Of a stretch of DNA of 32,000 bases, positions 1-8,472 are shown in pieces (the first letter of the stretch is position 1; the number at the start of each line of letters is the position of its first letter). Where the stretch lies: NCBI GenBank assembly GCA_000387965.1, contig APJZ01000002.1:1-32000 (forward strand), read 5' to 3'. The notes beneath the pieces were generated by a model. The model worked only from the letters and a program-made list of their open reading frames with translations. It was not told the DNA's origin and ran no database searches. Position numbers and translations under genes: made by a program. This DNA comes from Candidatus Nanobsidianus stetteri (lineage in GTDB: Archaea > Nanobdellota > Nanobdellia > Nanobdellales > Nanobdellaceae).

Positions 1-1477
1 TAAATAATATTTCAACAATATCAGCCCTTGTACTTTTTGTTCCTAGATCCAATTCTTCCATTTTTTTAACTAAGGAAGCTTTATTATATCTTGCTGGCGG
101 TTTTGTTTTTTTCTTTGATATATAAACCTTATCTATAAACAACTTTTCTCCAACATTAAATTTTAAAGAAACAAAATTATCCTTATATTTTTCCCAATAA
201 ATATCTAACCATCCTTTATATTTTATATCATAATAATCATAAACAAAATTTTCTTTTGTAATAACCTTTATTTTATATACTATTGCTGAATCATAAAATG
301 TGGCAATAAATCTTCTAACTACCAAATCGTAAATTAATTTTTCCTTATATTCTAAATATTCTGGAATATTTCCTGTAGGATGTATTGCTGGATGTACATC
401 ATCTTTAGATCCATTGTTTGGTTTTAAAATTTGTTTTCCCAATAAAAGAACAATATATTTCTTATAAGAATTTATTAGTGATAAATTTGATAATATTTCT
501 TTAAAATTAATCGTTTCTGGTAACCTTTGAGAAGATGTTCTTGGATAAGATACATAACCTTTTTCATATAAAGATTGTAAAATATCCAAAGTTCTTTTTG
601 GACTAATTTTATAATATTTATATGCATCCATCTGTATATCTGTTAAATTATATGGATGTGGTGGATTTATTTTTTCCTCTTTTTTATCTACATTACTAAC
701 AATTAGATATTTTCCTAAATCATTTTTTATTTTATTTGCTTCAACTTTATCCTTTATTTTATCTTTTATATATGAAAACTTCAATTTTTTATCATCCTTT
801 ATAACCAAAGCTTCAACTTTATAATATTCTTCAGGTTTAAAGTTTTCAATTTCTCTTTCTCTATTAAATACCAACATCAATGTTGGACCCTGGACTCTTC
901 CAATGCTTAAAACAAATTTTCTAGTATAATAAAATAAAGACTTTGTTAATGCTCTAGATAGATTTATACCATATAACCAATCAATTATATGTCTTGTTTC
1001 TCCGGCATATATATATCCAAAATTTAAACTTTCTTTCCTATTATTAAAAGCTCTTACAATATCCCTATATGTTATTGCAGAAAATATCATTCTATTTGCA
1101 TTTTCTTTATTTAATACATATCTTAAAATATTATAACCTATTAATTCGCCTTCTATATCATAATCTGTTGCAATTATTATATTATTTTCATTTTTAAATT
1201 TACTAAACATTTCAATATAATATTTCTTTGCAATAATTTTATCCTCAAAATATGAGGGAACCCATCTATAATTGAATGTAGGGTATTCATATTTTTTGTC
1301 TAAATCTGATAATGTAAATAAATGACCGATTGAAGGAACAACATTTACATTTTTTCCTTCCAGATTAAAATAATAATAATATATATTTTTTGAAAATTTT
1401 ATTGTTTTATATCTATTATTTGATAAAAATGATGATATCTTTCTAGCTACAGAAGGTTTTTCTGCAATTATTAGCAT
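1..1477 (-). CDS. topA: DNA topoisomerase type IA (Topo I/III-like), N-terminal ~492 aa; the C-terminus lies beyond the left edge
   Basis: Absent from the ORF track because it runs off the window. Minus-strand ATG at 1477..1475. My translation starts MLIIAEKPSVARKISSF and contains DYDIEGE (TOPRIM acidic motif), GRVQGPTL, VSYPRTSSQ (active-site Tyr motif) and HPAIHPTG. It reaches PPARYNKASLVKKMEELDLGTKSTRADIVEIL at position ~2 with no stop. Confidence 0.9.
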   Translation of the reverse strand, partial: MLIIAEKPSVARKISSFLSNNRYKTIKFSKNIYYYYFNLEGKNVNVVPSIGHLFTLSDLDKKYEYPTFNYRWVPSYFEDKIIAKKYYIEMFSKFKNENNIIIATDYDIEGELIGYNILRYVLNKENANRMIFSAITYRDIVRAFNNRKESLNFGYIYAGETRHIIDWLYGINLSRALTKSLFYYTRKFVLSIGRVQGPTLMLVFNREREIENFKPEEYYKVEALVIKDDKKLKFSYIKDKIKDKVEANKIKNDLGKYLIVSNVDKKEEKINPPHPYNLTDIQMDAYKYYKISPKRTLDILQSLYEKGYVSYPRTSSQRLPETINFKEILSNLSLINSYKKYIVLLLGKQILKPNNGSKDDVHPAIHPTGNIPEYLEYKEKLIYDLVVRRFIATFYDSAIVYKIKVITKENFVYDYYDIKYKGWLDIYWEKYKDNFVSLKFNVGEKLFIDKVYISKKKTKPPARYNKASLVKKMEELDLGTKSTRADIVEILF

Positions 1478-1631
1478 GAAATATTTTTGTTAATTATATT
1501 TTTGAATTAATTATAAAATTTACATTTTTATATATTTTTGAATGTTCTAAATAACCATAAAATATAGAAATTGTTTACTACCAATAAGTTAAATATATAA
1601 CCATTTATTTCTTGAAAGATTCTTTATATTA

Positions 1632-3359
1632 ATGAATAAGCTCTATAAATATATAATTATATATTTATCATCAACTTTATCCCCAGAAATACCATTTCTC
1701 ATCTTATTAATAAATAGAGAATTTATAAATCCATTAACTTTGATTTTATTATCATTTCCAATAATTATTTCTTTTATATTTTTATCATACCTATTTAGAG
1801 ATTCTATAACAAGAGATCCGAATCCAATGGGTGTTTTTTACTATATATCTAAATTATCTAAATATCTATTACCAATCTTTGGATTCTTTTATTACCTATC
1901 AATAATATCTTTTATTTCTTCAGAATTACTATTGATAAATGATTATTTCAAAATTATAAATCCTTTTTTATTCTTAATACCATACGTATTGATATTTAAT
2001 TTTATAGTACTTAATCTATTTAACATAGATATTGAAAGTAAAATACAGGAAATCATTTCATATACTTCTATTATATCTCTTATTATTTTAATTTTGCTTT
2101 TCATATTTCCAATAAATATTAATATTCAATCTACTTCTATAAATACTTTTTTATTTACAATAGAATATAATATAACAATATTTTCTGGTCTGGACATATT
2201 TACATACTATTCTAATTATTCAAACAATAGAAAAACCGGAAACGCTACTTTTTATGGTACAATAATTCTATCAATAATTTCTATATTATTATATATAAGT
2301 CTATTAAATATTAAAATAGAAAATATTAGCAATATAATTATTTTGGCATTTTTACCAATTAGTATATATTCTACATATATATGGTTTTATACTGCAAATA
2401 AAATATTAGAAAATATATCAGAAAATAAGTTATTGCCTTACTTCTTTAGAATAAAAAATAATAAAGATTCTCCAATTTTTAATATATTTCTATCCTCATT
2501 TATTATTTTAATATTTTTGTTTTTAGATAATTTTAATTATTTATTGTCTTTTTTCTCATCCTTTACAATTTTTATATACATACTATATATAATATCCTAT
2601 ATAAAGATTAAATTAGAAGGGAGAAATTTACATAAATGGAGATTGATAAAGATATTTATTGCTGTTTTTTCGATGACTGCTTTATCTTATCTATTATTAT
2701 ATGATTTTCTAAGTAATATATATTCAATCATACTAACTTTTTCAATATCTATTATTATATTAATATTAACATTATATATAACGTGGAAGAAAAATACAAA
2801 ATTCATAAAATTCTACTTTTCTAAATTATATTTTATCCCATATTTAATTAGAAAAGTAAGATATAAAGAAGATATAAGAATAGTTGAATATTATGTAAAA
2901 GATGGATATAAAATATTGGATTTTGGTCCTTTTCTTGGTGATATATCAATAAATATAGCAAAAAAATATAATGTAAAAGTTTATGCCATAGATATATCCC
3001 AAAAAATTGTAAGAAAATTACAAAAGAGAACAAAAGATATGAAAAATTTCTTTGTATATATTGCAAAAAAAGATGAAATTCCAAAAATCTTCTATAAAAA
3101 CATAGATTTAATAATTATATATGAAACATTAAAATTCATTATAGATAAGCATAAATTTGTAAAAAATATATATAGAACATTAAAAGATAATAGATATCTA
3201 ATATCAATAACTTATGCGAGTTTTTTAGAAAGAAAGGATATAGAAGATGAAATTAAAAAAGTGAGAGAATTACTTGAATATCATAATATAAAGACTTTCC
3301 TGATAAAATCTCATAAAAGATTGTATACTAAATATATATTAATAGGTAAGAAAATTTAA
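1632..3359 (+). CDS. Polytopic membrane protein (~390 aa of TM helices) fused to a C-terminal class I SAM-methyltransferase-like domain
   Basis: The N-terminal two thirds is a run of hydrophobic segments. The C-terminal ~170 aa has MTase-like motifs: YKILDFGPFLGDISINIAKKYNVKVYAIDIS (degenerate motif I plus post-I), NIDLIIIYETLKFI and IYRTLKDNRYLISI. The Gly-rich motif is degenerate (GPFLG), so activity is uncertain. Confidence 0.5.
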   Translation: MNKLYKYIIIYLSSTLSPEIPFLILLINREFINPLTLILLSFPIIISFIFLSYLFRDSITRDPNPMGVFYYISKLSKYLLPIFGFFYYLSIISFISSELLLINDYFKIINPFLFLIPYVLIFNFIVLNLFNIDIESKIQEIISYTSIISLIILILLFIFPININIQSTSINTFLFTIEYNITIFSGLDIFTYYSNYSNNRKTGNATFYGTIILSIISILLYISLLNIKIENISNIIILAFLPISIYSTYIWFYTANKILENISENKLLPYFFRIKNNKDSPIFNIFLSSFIILIFLFLDNFNYLLSFFSSFTIFIYILYIISYIKIKLEGRNLHKWRLIKIFIAVFSMTALSYLLLYDFLSNIYSIILTFSISIIILILTLYITWKKNTKFIKFYFSKLYFIPYLIRKVRYKEDIRIVEYYVKDGYKILDFGPFLGDISINIAKKYNVKVYAIDISQKIVRKLQKRTKDMKNFFVYIAKKDEIPKIFYKNIDLIIIYETLKFIIDKHKFVKNIYRTLKDNRYLISITYASFLERKDIEDEIKKVRELLEYHNIKTFLIKSHKRLYTKYILIGKKI

Positions 3360-3363
3360 TATA

Positions 3364-4374
3364 ATGATAAATTATTTTGAATTAAAGAAATGGTATAATG
3401 ATAATGCTGAAAAAATAAATAATTCAATAGTAAAAAATATATATAATATTGAAGATGGGGTTGTTTTTGAATTATATAAACCTGGTCTAGAAAATAGATT
3501 TTTATATATAATCCCAGGAAAAATTATTTTTCTATATAATGTTAAAGAAAGAGAAGAAATAAATAATTTTACACTAAAATTAAGGAAAGATTTTAATGAA
3601 ACAAAAATAAATATTGAAATTGATAATAATGATAAAATTATAATAATAAAAAATAATGAAAAAAAGTTATATGTAGAGCTTTTTCCAAATGGATTATTAA
3701 TTGTAACTGATTATAACGATATAATTATATATGCAAACCAATATAAGAACTTTGGAGTAAGAAAGATATTTAGAAATGAAAAATATACAAAACCACCAGG
3801 TTCTGTAAATATTATAAATAATATAGATGACTTTTTTGAAAGGGTAAATAGCACAAATAAAAAAGATGTTGTAAGATTTTTAGCAGTAGATCTATCTTTG
3901 GGAGGAAAATATTCTGAATATATAATAAAAAAGGCAAATATTGAAAAAAATAAAAGCCCAAAAGAATTAAATAAAGAAGAAATAGAAAAAATATATAACA
4001 TTTATAATGAAATAGTAAACTCAAGGATATTAATAGATGAAAATGGTAATATTATTGAGGATATTAATAAATATTTCATAAATCTTTATTTAAATAGTAG
4101 AGAAAATAAAAGAATAAGGAAATTAAATGAAGAAAAAGAAAAAATAAAAAGAATAATTGAGGAACAAAAAAAGTATTTGGAAGAGATTAATAAGGAAATC
4201 AATGAATTAGAGAAAATTGGTGAATTTTTAAACATATATTCATGGATATTCAAGGACTATGATGAAAATAACATAATAAAAAATTTTAGAGAAATTAATA
4301 TTAATATAGATATTAAAAGGGATAATAAATATTTAATTGTTAATATAGATGATAAATATTTAGAGAATAAATAA
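3364..4374 (+). CDS. NFACT-N / FbpA-Rqc2(NEMF)-like protein, short form lacking the NFACT-R (DUF814) half
   Basis: The N-terminus MINYFELKKWYNDNAEKINNSIVKNIYNIEDGVVFELYKPG...FLYIIPGKIIFLY follows the NFACT-N pattern. It is followed by an HhH-like segment (VVRFLAVDLSLGGKYSEYIIKKANI) and a coiled coil (KRIRKLNEEKEKIKRIIEEQKKYLEEINKEINELEKIGEF). At 336 aa it is about half the ~650 aa I recall for archaeal homologs. Confidence 0.45.
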   Translation: MINYFELKKWYNDNAEKINNSIVKNIYNIEDGVVFELYKPGLENRFLYIIPGKIIFLYNVKEREEINNFTLKLRKDFNETKINIEIDNNDKIIIIKNNEKKLYVELFPNGLLIVTDYNDIIIYANQYKNFGVRKIFRNEKYTKPPGSVNIINNIDDFFERVNSTNKKDVVRFLAVDLSLGGKYSEYIIKKANIEKNKSPKELNKEEIEKIYNIYNEIVNSRILIDENGNIIEDINKYFINLYLNSRENKRIRKLNEEKEKIKRIIEEQKKYLEEINKEINELEKIGEFLNIYSWIFKDYDENNIIKNFREININIDIKRDNKYLIVNIDDKYLENK

Positions 4375-4467
4375 ATTCTTTTTTCTTTCATTTTTTATAA
4401 AATTTCTTCTTTTAAAATTTATATATTTACCCAATAAATATATAAATTTTTTCGGTAAAGATTATTC

Positions 4468-4623
4468 ATGGCAGAACAATATATGGCATACTGCGTTAGA
4501 TGTAAGAAAAAAGTACCAGTACAGAATCCACAAAAGATTACATTGAAGAATGGAAGAACAGCAATAAAGGGAACATGCCCATATTGTAAGGGAACAGTAT
4601 ATGTATTTGTTAAGTCTGAATAG
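4468..4623 (+). CDS. Small zinc-ribbon protein (51 aa), DUF5679-like
   Basis: Not in the ORF track (under 60 aa). ATG 4468 to TAG 4621-4623. Translation: MAEQYMAYCVRCKKKVPVQNPQKITLKNGRTAIKGTCPYCKGTVYVFVKSE. Two CxxC pairs (CVRC...CPYC) flank a KNGR motif. G+C is higher than in the flanking spacer. Confidence 0.6.
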   Translation: MAEQYMAYCVRCKKKVPVQNPQKITLKNGRTAIKGTCPYCKGTVYVFVKSE

Positions 4624-4624
4624 G

Positions 4625-6382
4625 TTATTCAAAATATATTCCTTTTTGTTTTTGTATAAGGTCCAATCTACTATTTTGTTTATTAATTTTTGGTCTTTTT
4701 GTTTCTTCATCAGTTCTCATTGTTATATCTAATTGTTTTAAAAATATATTTAATCCCTCCTTATTTTCATATATACCGAGGGCTTTTCCATATTTGCCAG
4801 GTTCTCCTGTAAATACTAAAATCCTATCAGAAACCCAATTTAAAAATATTAAGTCATGATCTACAACTAGGCAAGCTTTCCCTTTAATTTTTATTATATC
4901 TCTTATAAATTTTGATAGAACCAATCTTTGTTCTATATCTGAATTTGCAAATGGCTCATCTATTAAATATAAATCCGCATCCTTTATCAATGTACCAAAT
5001 GTATATACTGTTTGTAGCTCTCCTCCAGATAATGTATTAACCTCTCTATCTAATAAATCAGAAATATTTAACATTGATAAGTATTCTTTATAATCTTCTT
5101 TATATTTTTCATTAAAACCTTTCAAAAATTGATCCACAGTTATATTATAATTAGAAAAATCATAAAATTGTGGTTTATATGATATTGTTAAATTTTTTGA
5201 TATATTTCCCTCATATTTTATTTCTCCAGCTAAGGTTTTTACAAAAGTACTTTTTCCAATCCCATTTCTTCCTAATACTCCTATTATTTCATTTTCTCTT
5301 ATATATCCAGGATTTACTTCAAGTCTAAAACTATCTAAATTTACTATAACATTTTCCCATTCAATAATATTTTTTCCAAATTTTATATCAGTATAGCTTT
5401 TTACATCCAACCTTATCGGTTTATCCCTTATCTTTAAATTTTCTCTCTTTATAAATCCATTCAAATAATTATTTATACCTTCTTTTGCTCCAACAGGATA
5501 TGAAAAAGCACCATATGCTTTTTGTACCCCATAAACAATATGTATTATATCAGAAATTGAATCTAAAAATAATAAATCATGATCTATTATTAATATTGTA
5601 TCTTTTTCCTTTATCTCATTTAAATTATTTAATATTCTTAATCTTTCATATATATCTAAATAATTTGTAACTTCATCAATTAACAATAAATTATGATCCT
5701 TATATACTGAAAATATATATAATACTTTCTGTAATTCTCCTCCGGATAGATCTCCAATTTTTCTACCTAATATATTTTCTATTTCAAATTTTTTTGATAT
5801 TTCATCTAAATTATTTATAACCTTTGATAACAATTCTCTAACCGTTTTTTCCTTTAACATGTTTTTTATTTGAGTAATATTTTGAGGCTTATATGAAATT
5901 ATTACTTTATTACTGTATAATTTTTCAAAATAAGATTGGAGTTCTGAACCTCTAAATTCTCTTATAATTTCTTTATCATCATATTTTTTACTAAAATCAC
6001 CAAAATTTGGTTTTAATAAACCAGCTATTATATTTATTGCAGTACTTTTTCCCATTCCATTTCTTCCAATTATTCCAATAACTTTTCCTTCCTTAATTAT
6101 CGGTAATCTATATAATCTAAAAGTATTTGGGCCATATTGAAATACTGGTCTTTCATCAGGTTCCTTTGTTAAATTTATAATTATTATAGCATTAAATGGG
6201 CATTTCTTTACACATATTCCACATCCAATACATAGAGATTCATCAATGGATGGTTTTTTATCTTGTAAAATATTAAATATTTTTAAATTATTTTTTTGAA
6301 CAGGACATACTTTCATACACATATAATCACATTTTTCAGGAGCCTTACATCTATCCCTATCAATTACAGCAATTCTTTTCAT
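4625..6382 (-). CDS. abcE1: ABCE1 / RNase L inhibitor homolog (ribosome recycling ATPase)
   Basis: The N-terminal Fe-S domain has two Cys clusters (DRCKAPEKCDYMCMKVCPV; CIGCGICVKKCP). Two ABC ATPase cassettes follow (GIIGRNGMGKST and GVLGRNGIGKST Walker A; LSGGELQ signatures). The 585-aa length is typical. Confidence 0.95.
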   Translation of the reverse strand: MKRIAVIDRDRCKAPEKCDYMCMKVCPVQKNNLKIFNILQDKKPSIDESLCIGCGICVKKCPFNAIIIINLTKEPDERPVFQYGPNTFRLYRLPIIKEGKVIGIIGRNGMGKSTAINIIAGLLKPNFGDFSKKYDDKEIIREFRGSELQSYFEKLYSNKVIISYKPQNITQIKNMLKEKTVRELLSKVINNLDEISKKFEIENILGRKIGDLSGGELQKVLYIFSVYKDHNLLLIDEVTNYLDIYERLRILNNLNEIKEKDTILIIDHDLLFLDSISDIIHIVYGVQKAYGAFSYPVGAKEGINNYLNGFIKRENLKIRDKPIRLDVKSYTDIKFGKNIIEWENVIVNLDSFRLEVNPGYIRENEIIGVLGRNGIGKSTFVKTLAGEIKYEGNISKNLTISYKPQFYDFSNYNITVDQFLKGFNEKYKEDYKEYLSMLNISDLLDREVNTLSGGELQTVYTFGTLIKDADLYLIDEPFANSDIEQRLVLSKFIRDIIKIKGKACLVVDHDLIFLNWVSDRILVFTGEPGKYGKALGIYENKEGLNIFLKQLDITMRTDEETKRPKINKQNSRLDLIQKQKGIYFE

Positions 6383-8181
6383 ACTAGTTTAAATTCTATT
6401 TTACTTTTATTATTTATAGCTTCTAATATTTCTTTTCCTATCTCAGAATTTAGATCTAAAATAATTTTTCCCTTTTTATTTATCTTAAATTTTCCAATTA
6501 GTTTCCCATTTATATATAATTCTACCTCTCTTTTCCTAAATAAATTATTGAACATTATTGTAAGATAATCTTTAGATATTTCATAATCAAAATTTATGAT
6601 TTCATTTAATTTTTCAGCATTTTTTATTTCAATTCTTAAATTGTATTTATCCCTTATACTCATTAAATATCTTTTTTCATTCCTAATAAATTTTCTTTTA
6701 AGTTCTTTTGGAATATAGAATATTATTCTATCATCCATAACTTCTAAATAAATATTATTATATTTTCTTTTATATTCTATATTTAATAAATCTTCTAAAA
6801 ATCTTTGAATTCCAGATTTTAATCTATATTTCTTAATTGGGACAACCATTATCTCTTCTCCAAAAGTATATATTTCATATTCTAAATCGTTTGTTAGAAA
6901 ATCTCTTACTTCAACAACTGGTCTTGCCAGATCTTCTTCCTTTAAACCATGTGGAATTTTAACTGTTAAATTTAAATAATATACCTTTTCAATTTGTCCT
7001 TTATTTATATATATTATTGTATCGATTACCTGAGGAATCAAACCAAGTTCTGTCCTTGATAATAACCTATGAACAATATCTATTGGTCTTTCTGCATGTG
7101 CAACACCAATCATTCCAATCCCTGCCAATCTTAAATCTATATATAATTTAAAGTCTCTAGTATCTCTCATCTCATCAAATATTACATAATCGGGTCTTGA
7201 TAATAACAATATATTATGTATTTCCTCATCTGTAGAATAATTTTTTGAATATTGAACAATATCTGGAGATAATATTAAATCTCTTGGTGATTCTACTGTT
7301 TTAACAATCTTTTTCATACTTAAATAATATTCTGCTAGAGCCTGAGCAAACGTTGTTTTTCCAGAACCTGGTTTTCCAACAATTATAATTCCTTCTGATT
7401 TTTCTTTTAATCTTTCAATTACTTTTTCATTCAAATTATAATCTTCCAATCTTAATATTTTTGATGGTTTTACAATTGTTATTTCATATGAATCTGATAA
7501 TGGAGGTTTTACAATTACAATTCTAAAAATTCCCAACTGAATAATTAAACTACTTTTCCTTTCTTCTTCTATAAATGAATCTCTCCTATTTCTAGCAACA
7601 TATATTATCTTATCAATTAAATCTTCCATATCTTTATTTCCATATACTTTATCTACTTCTTCCAAATACCATTCTCCAGGTTTTCCTCTTTTTCTTTTTA
7701 CTTTTGTATTTTCAATAATATGAACAGATATTGTATCATCAGTAAATAAATCTAAAAAAGGTGGATTTTCTGTTGAAACACCTTCTTTTTCAATTAATAA
7801 ACAATCAACATTATACACTTTAGCCGTTTCATATAATATTTTATCTGATGTTAATAATGTAGAGCCTGTGTCTCTTGCAATTTTAATAATTAAATAATCT
7901 ATATATCCATGCTTTGCCAACCTTATTTGTTCTAATGTTGGTTTTTCACCCAATATAGTTACTTTATAATTATATTTTTCCGACAATTCTCTGATTTTTT
8001 GTAATTCCTTTAAACCAATTAATCCTTTTTCAAGACCTTTGTTTGCCTGTGCTTGTAGTTCATCAATTACTGGTACAGGTATTATTACTTCATTAAAAGA
8101 AATACTATTATTTAACAATGATTTTGATACATATTCATCAATTACTACAGATGTATCTAATGTTATTTTATTTAATTTCAT
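6379..8181 (-). CDS. PIN-domain / PilT-like ATPase / KH-domain protein (COG1855 family)
   Basis: N-terminal PIN-like segment (ITLDTSVVIDEY...LLTSDKILYETAK). Central P-loop VGKPGSGKTTFAQALAEYY with FDEMRD (Walker B-like). C-terminal KH-like tail. Its stop overlaps the ABCE1 start by 4 nt. Confidence 0.85.
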   Translation of the reverse strand: MKLNKITLDTSVVIDEYVSKSLLNNSISFNEVIIPVPVIDELQAQANKGLEKGLIGLKELQKIRELSEKYNYKVTILGEKPTLEQIRLAKHGYIDYLIIKIARDTGSTLLTSDKILYETAKVYNVDCLLIEKEGVSTENPPFLDLFTDDTISVHIIENTKVKRKRGKPGEWYLEEVDKVYGNKDMEDLIDKIIYVARNRRDSFIEEERKSSLIIQLGIFRIVIVKPPLSDSYEITIVKPSKILRLEDYNLNEKVIERLKEKSEGIIIVGKPGSGKTTFAQALAEYYLSMKKIVKTVESPRDLILSPDIVQYSKNYSTDEEIHNILLLSRPDYVIFDEMRDTRDFKLYIDLRLAGIGMIGVAHAERPIDIVHRLLSRTELGLIPQVIDTIIYINKGQIEKVYYLNLTVKIPHGLKEEDLARPVVEVRDFLTNDLEYEIYTFGEEIMVVPIKKYRLKSGIQRFLEDLLNIEYKRKYNNIYLEVMDDRIIFYIPKELKRKFIRNEKRYLMSIRDKYNLRIEIKNAEKLNEIINFDYEISKDYLTIMFNNLFRKREVELYINGKLIGKFKINKKGKIILDLNSEIGKEILEAINNKSKIEFKLV

Positions 8182-8449
8182 TAATTATTTTATTATATTC
8201 TTTCTCAAAACTATTTAACCTATCTAAGGCCCTCTTTATTGCATCTATTAATACTTCCCTTGGTTTTTTCTTTCCATCAGTCTTTATATATAAATAAATA
8301 TCTTTTATTAATGGATGATTTTCCTTCCAAGCAGCAATTATTACATTTGGATCTTTATCTAATTCTTCCTTTAATAACATAGATATTGTTGCCTTATCAT
8401 TTTCGAATATTATTTCCATTTCTGTTTCGCTTTCCTTATTTATTTTCAT
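8168..8449 (-). CDS. rpoL: DNA-directed RNA polymerase subunit L (Rpo11)
   Basis: 93 aa. The pattern EIIFENDKATISMLLKEELDKDPNVIIAAWKENHPLIKDIYLYIKTDGKKKPREVLIDAIKRAL matches the RpoL/Rpb11 layout (HPL...I.T.G..P..al..a). The usual EDHTLGN motif is divergent (NDKATISM). Confidence 0.8.
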   Translation of the reverse strand: MKINKESETEMEIIFENDKATISMLLKEELDKDPNVIIAAWKENHPLIKDIYLYIKTDGKKKPREVLIDAIKRALDRLNSFEKEYNKIINEIK

Positions 8450-8472
8450 TTCTATTATATTATATAAATATC

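Noticed and set aside
4462-4710. 82-aa minus-strand ORF overlapping the ABCE1 3' end and the intergenic region
   Set aside because: It is antisense to a well-formed 51-aa double-CxxC zinc-ribbon ORF and overlaps the ABCE1 C-terminus. Its Cys/Leu/Tyr-rich low-complexity translation is typical of a spurious frame.
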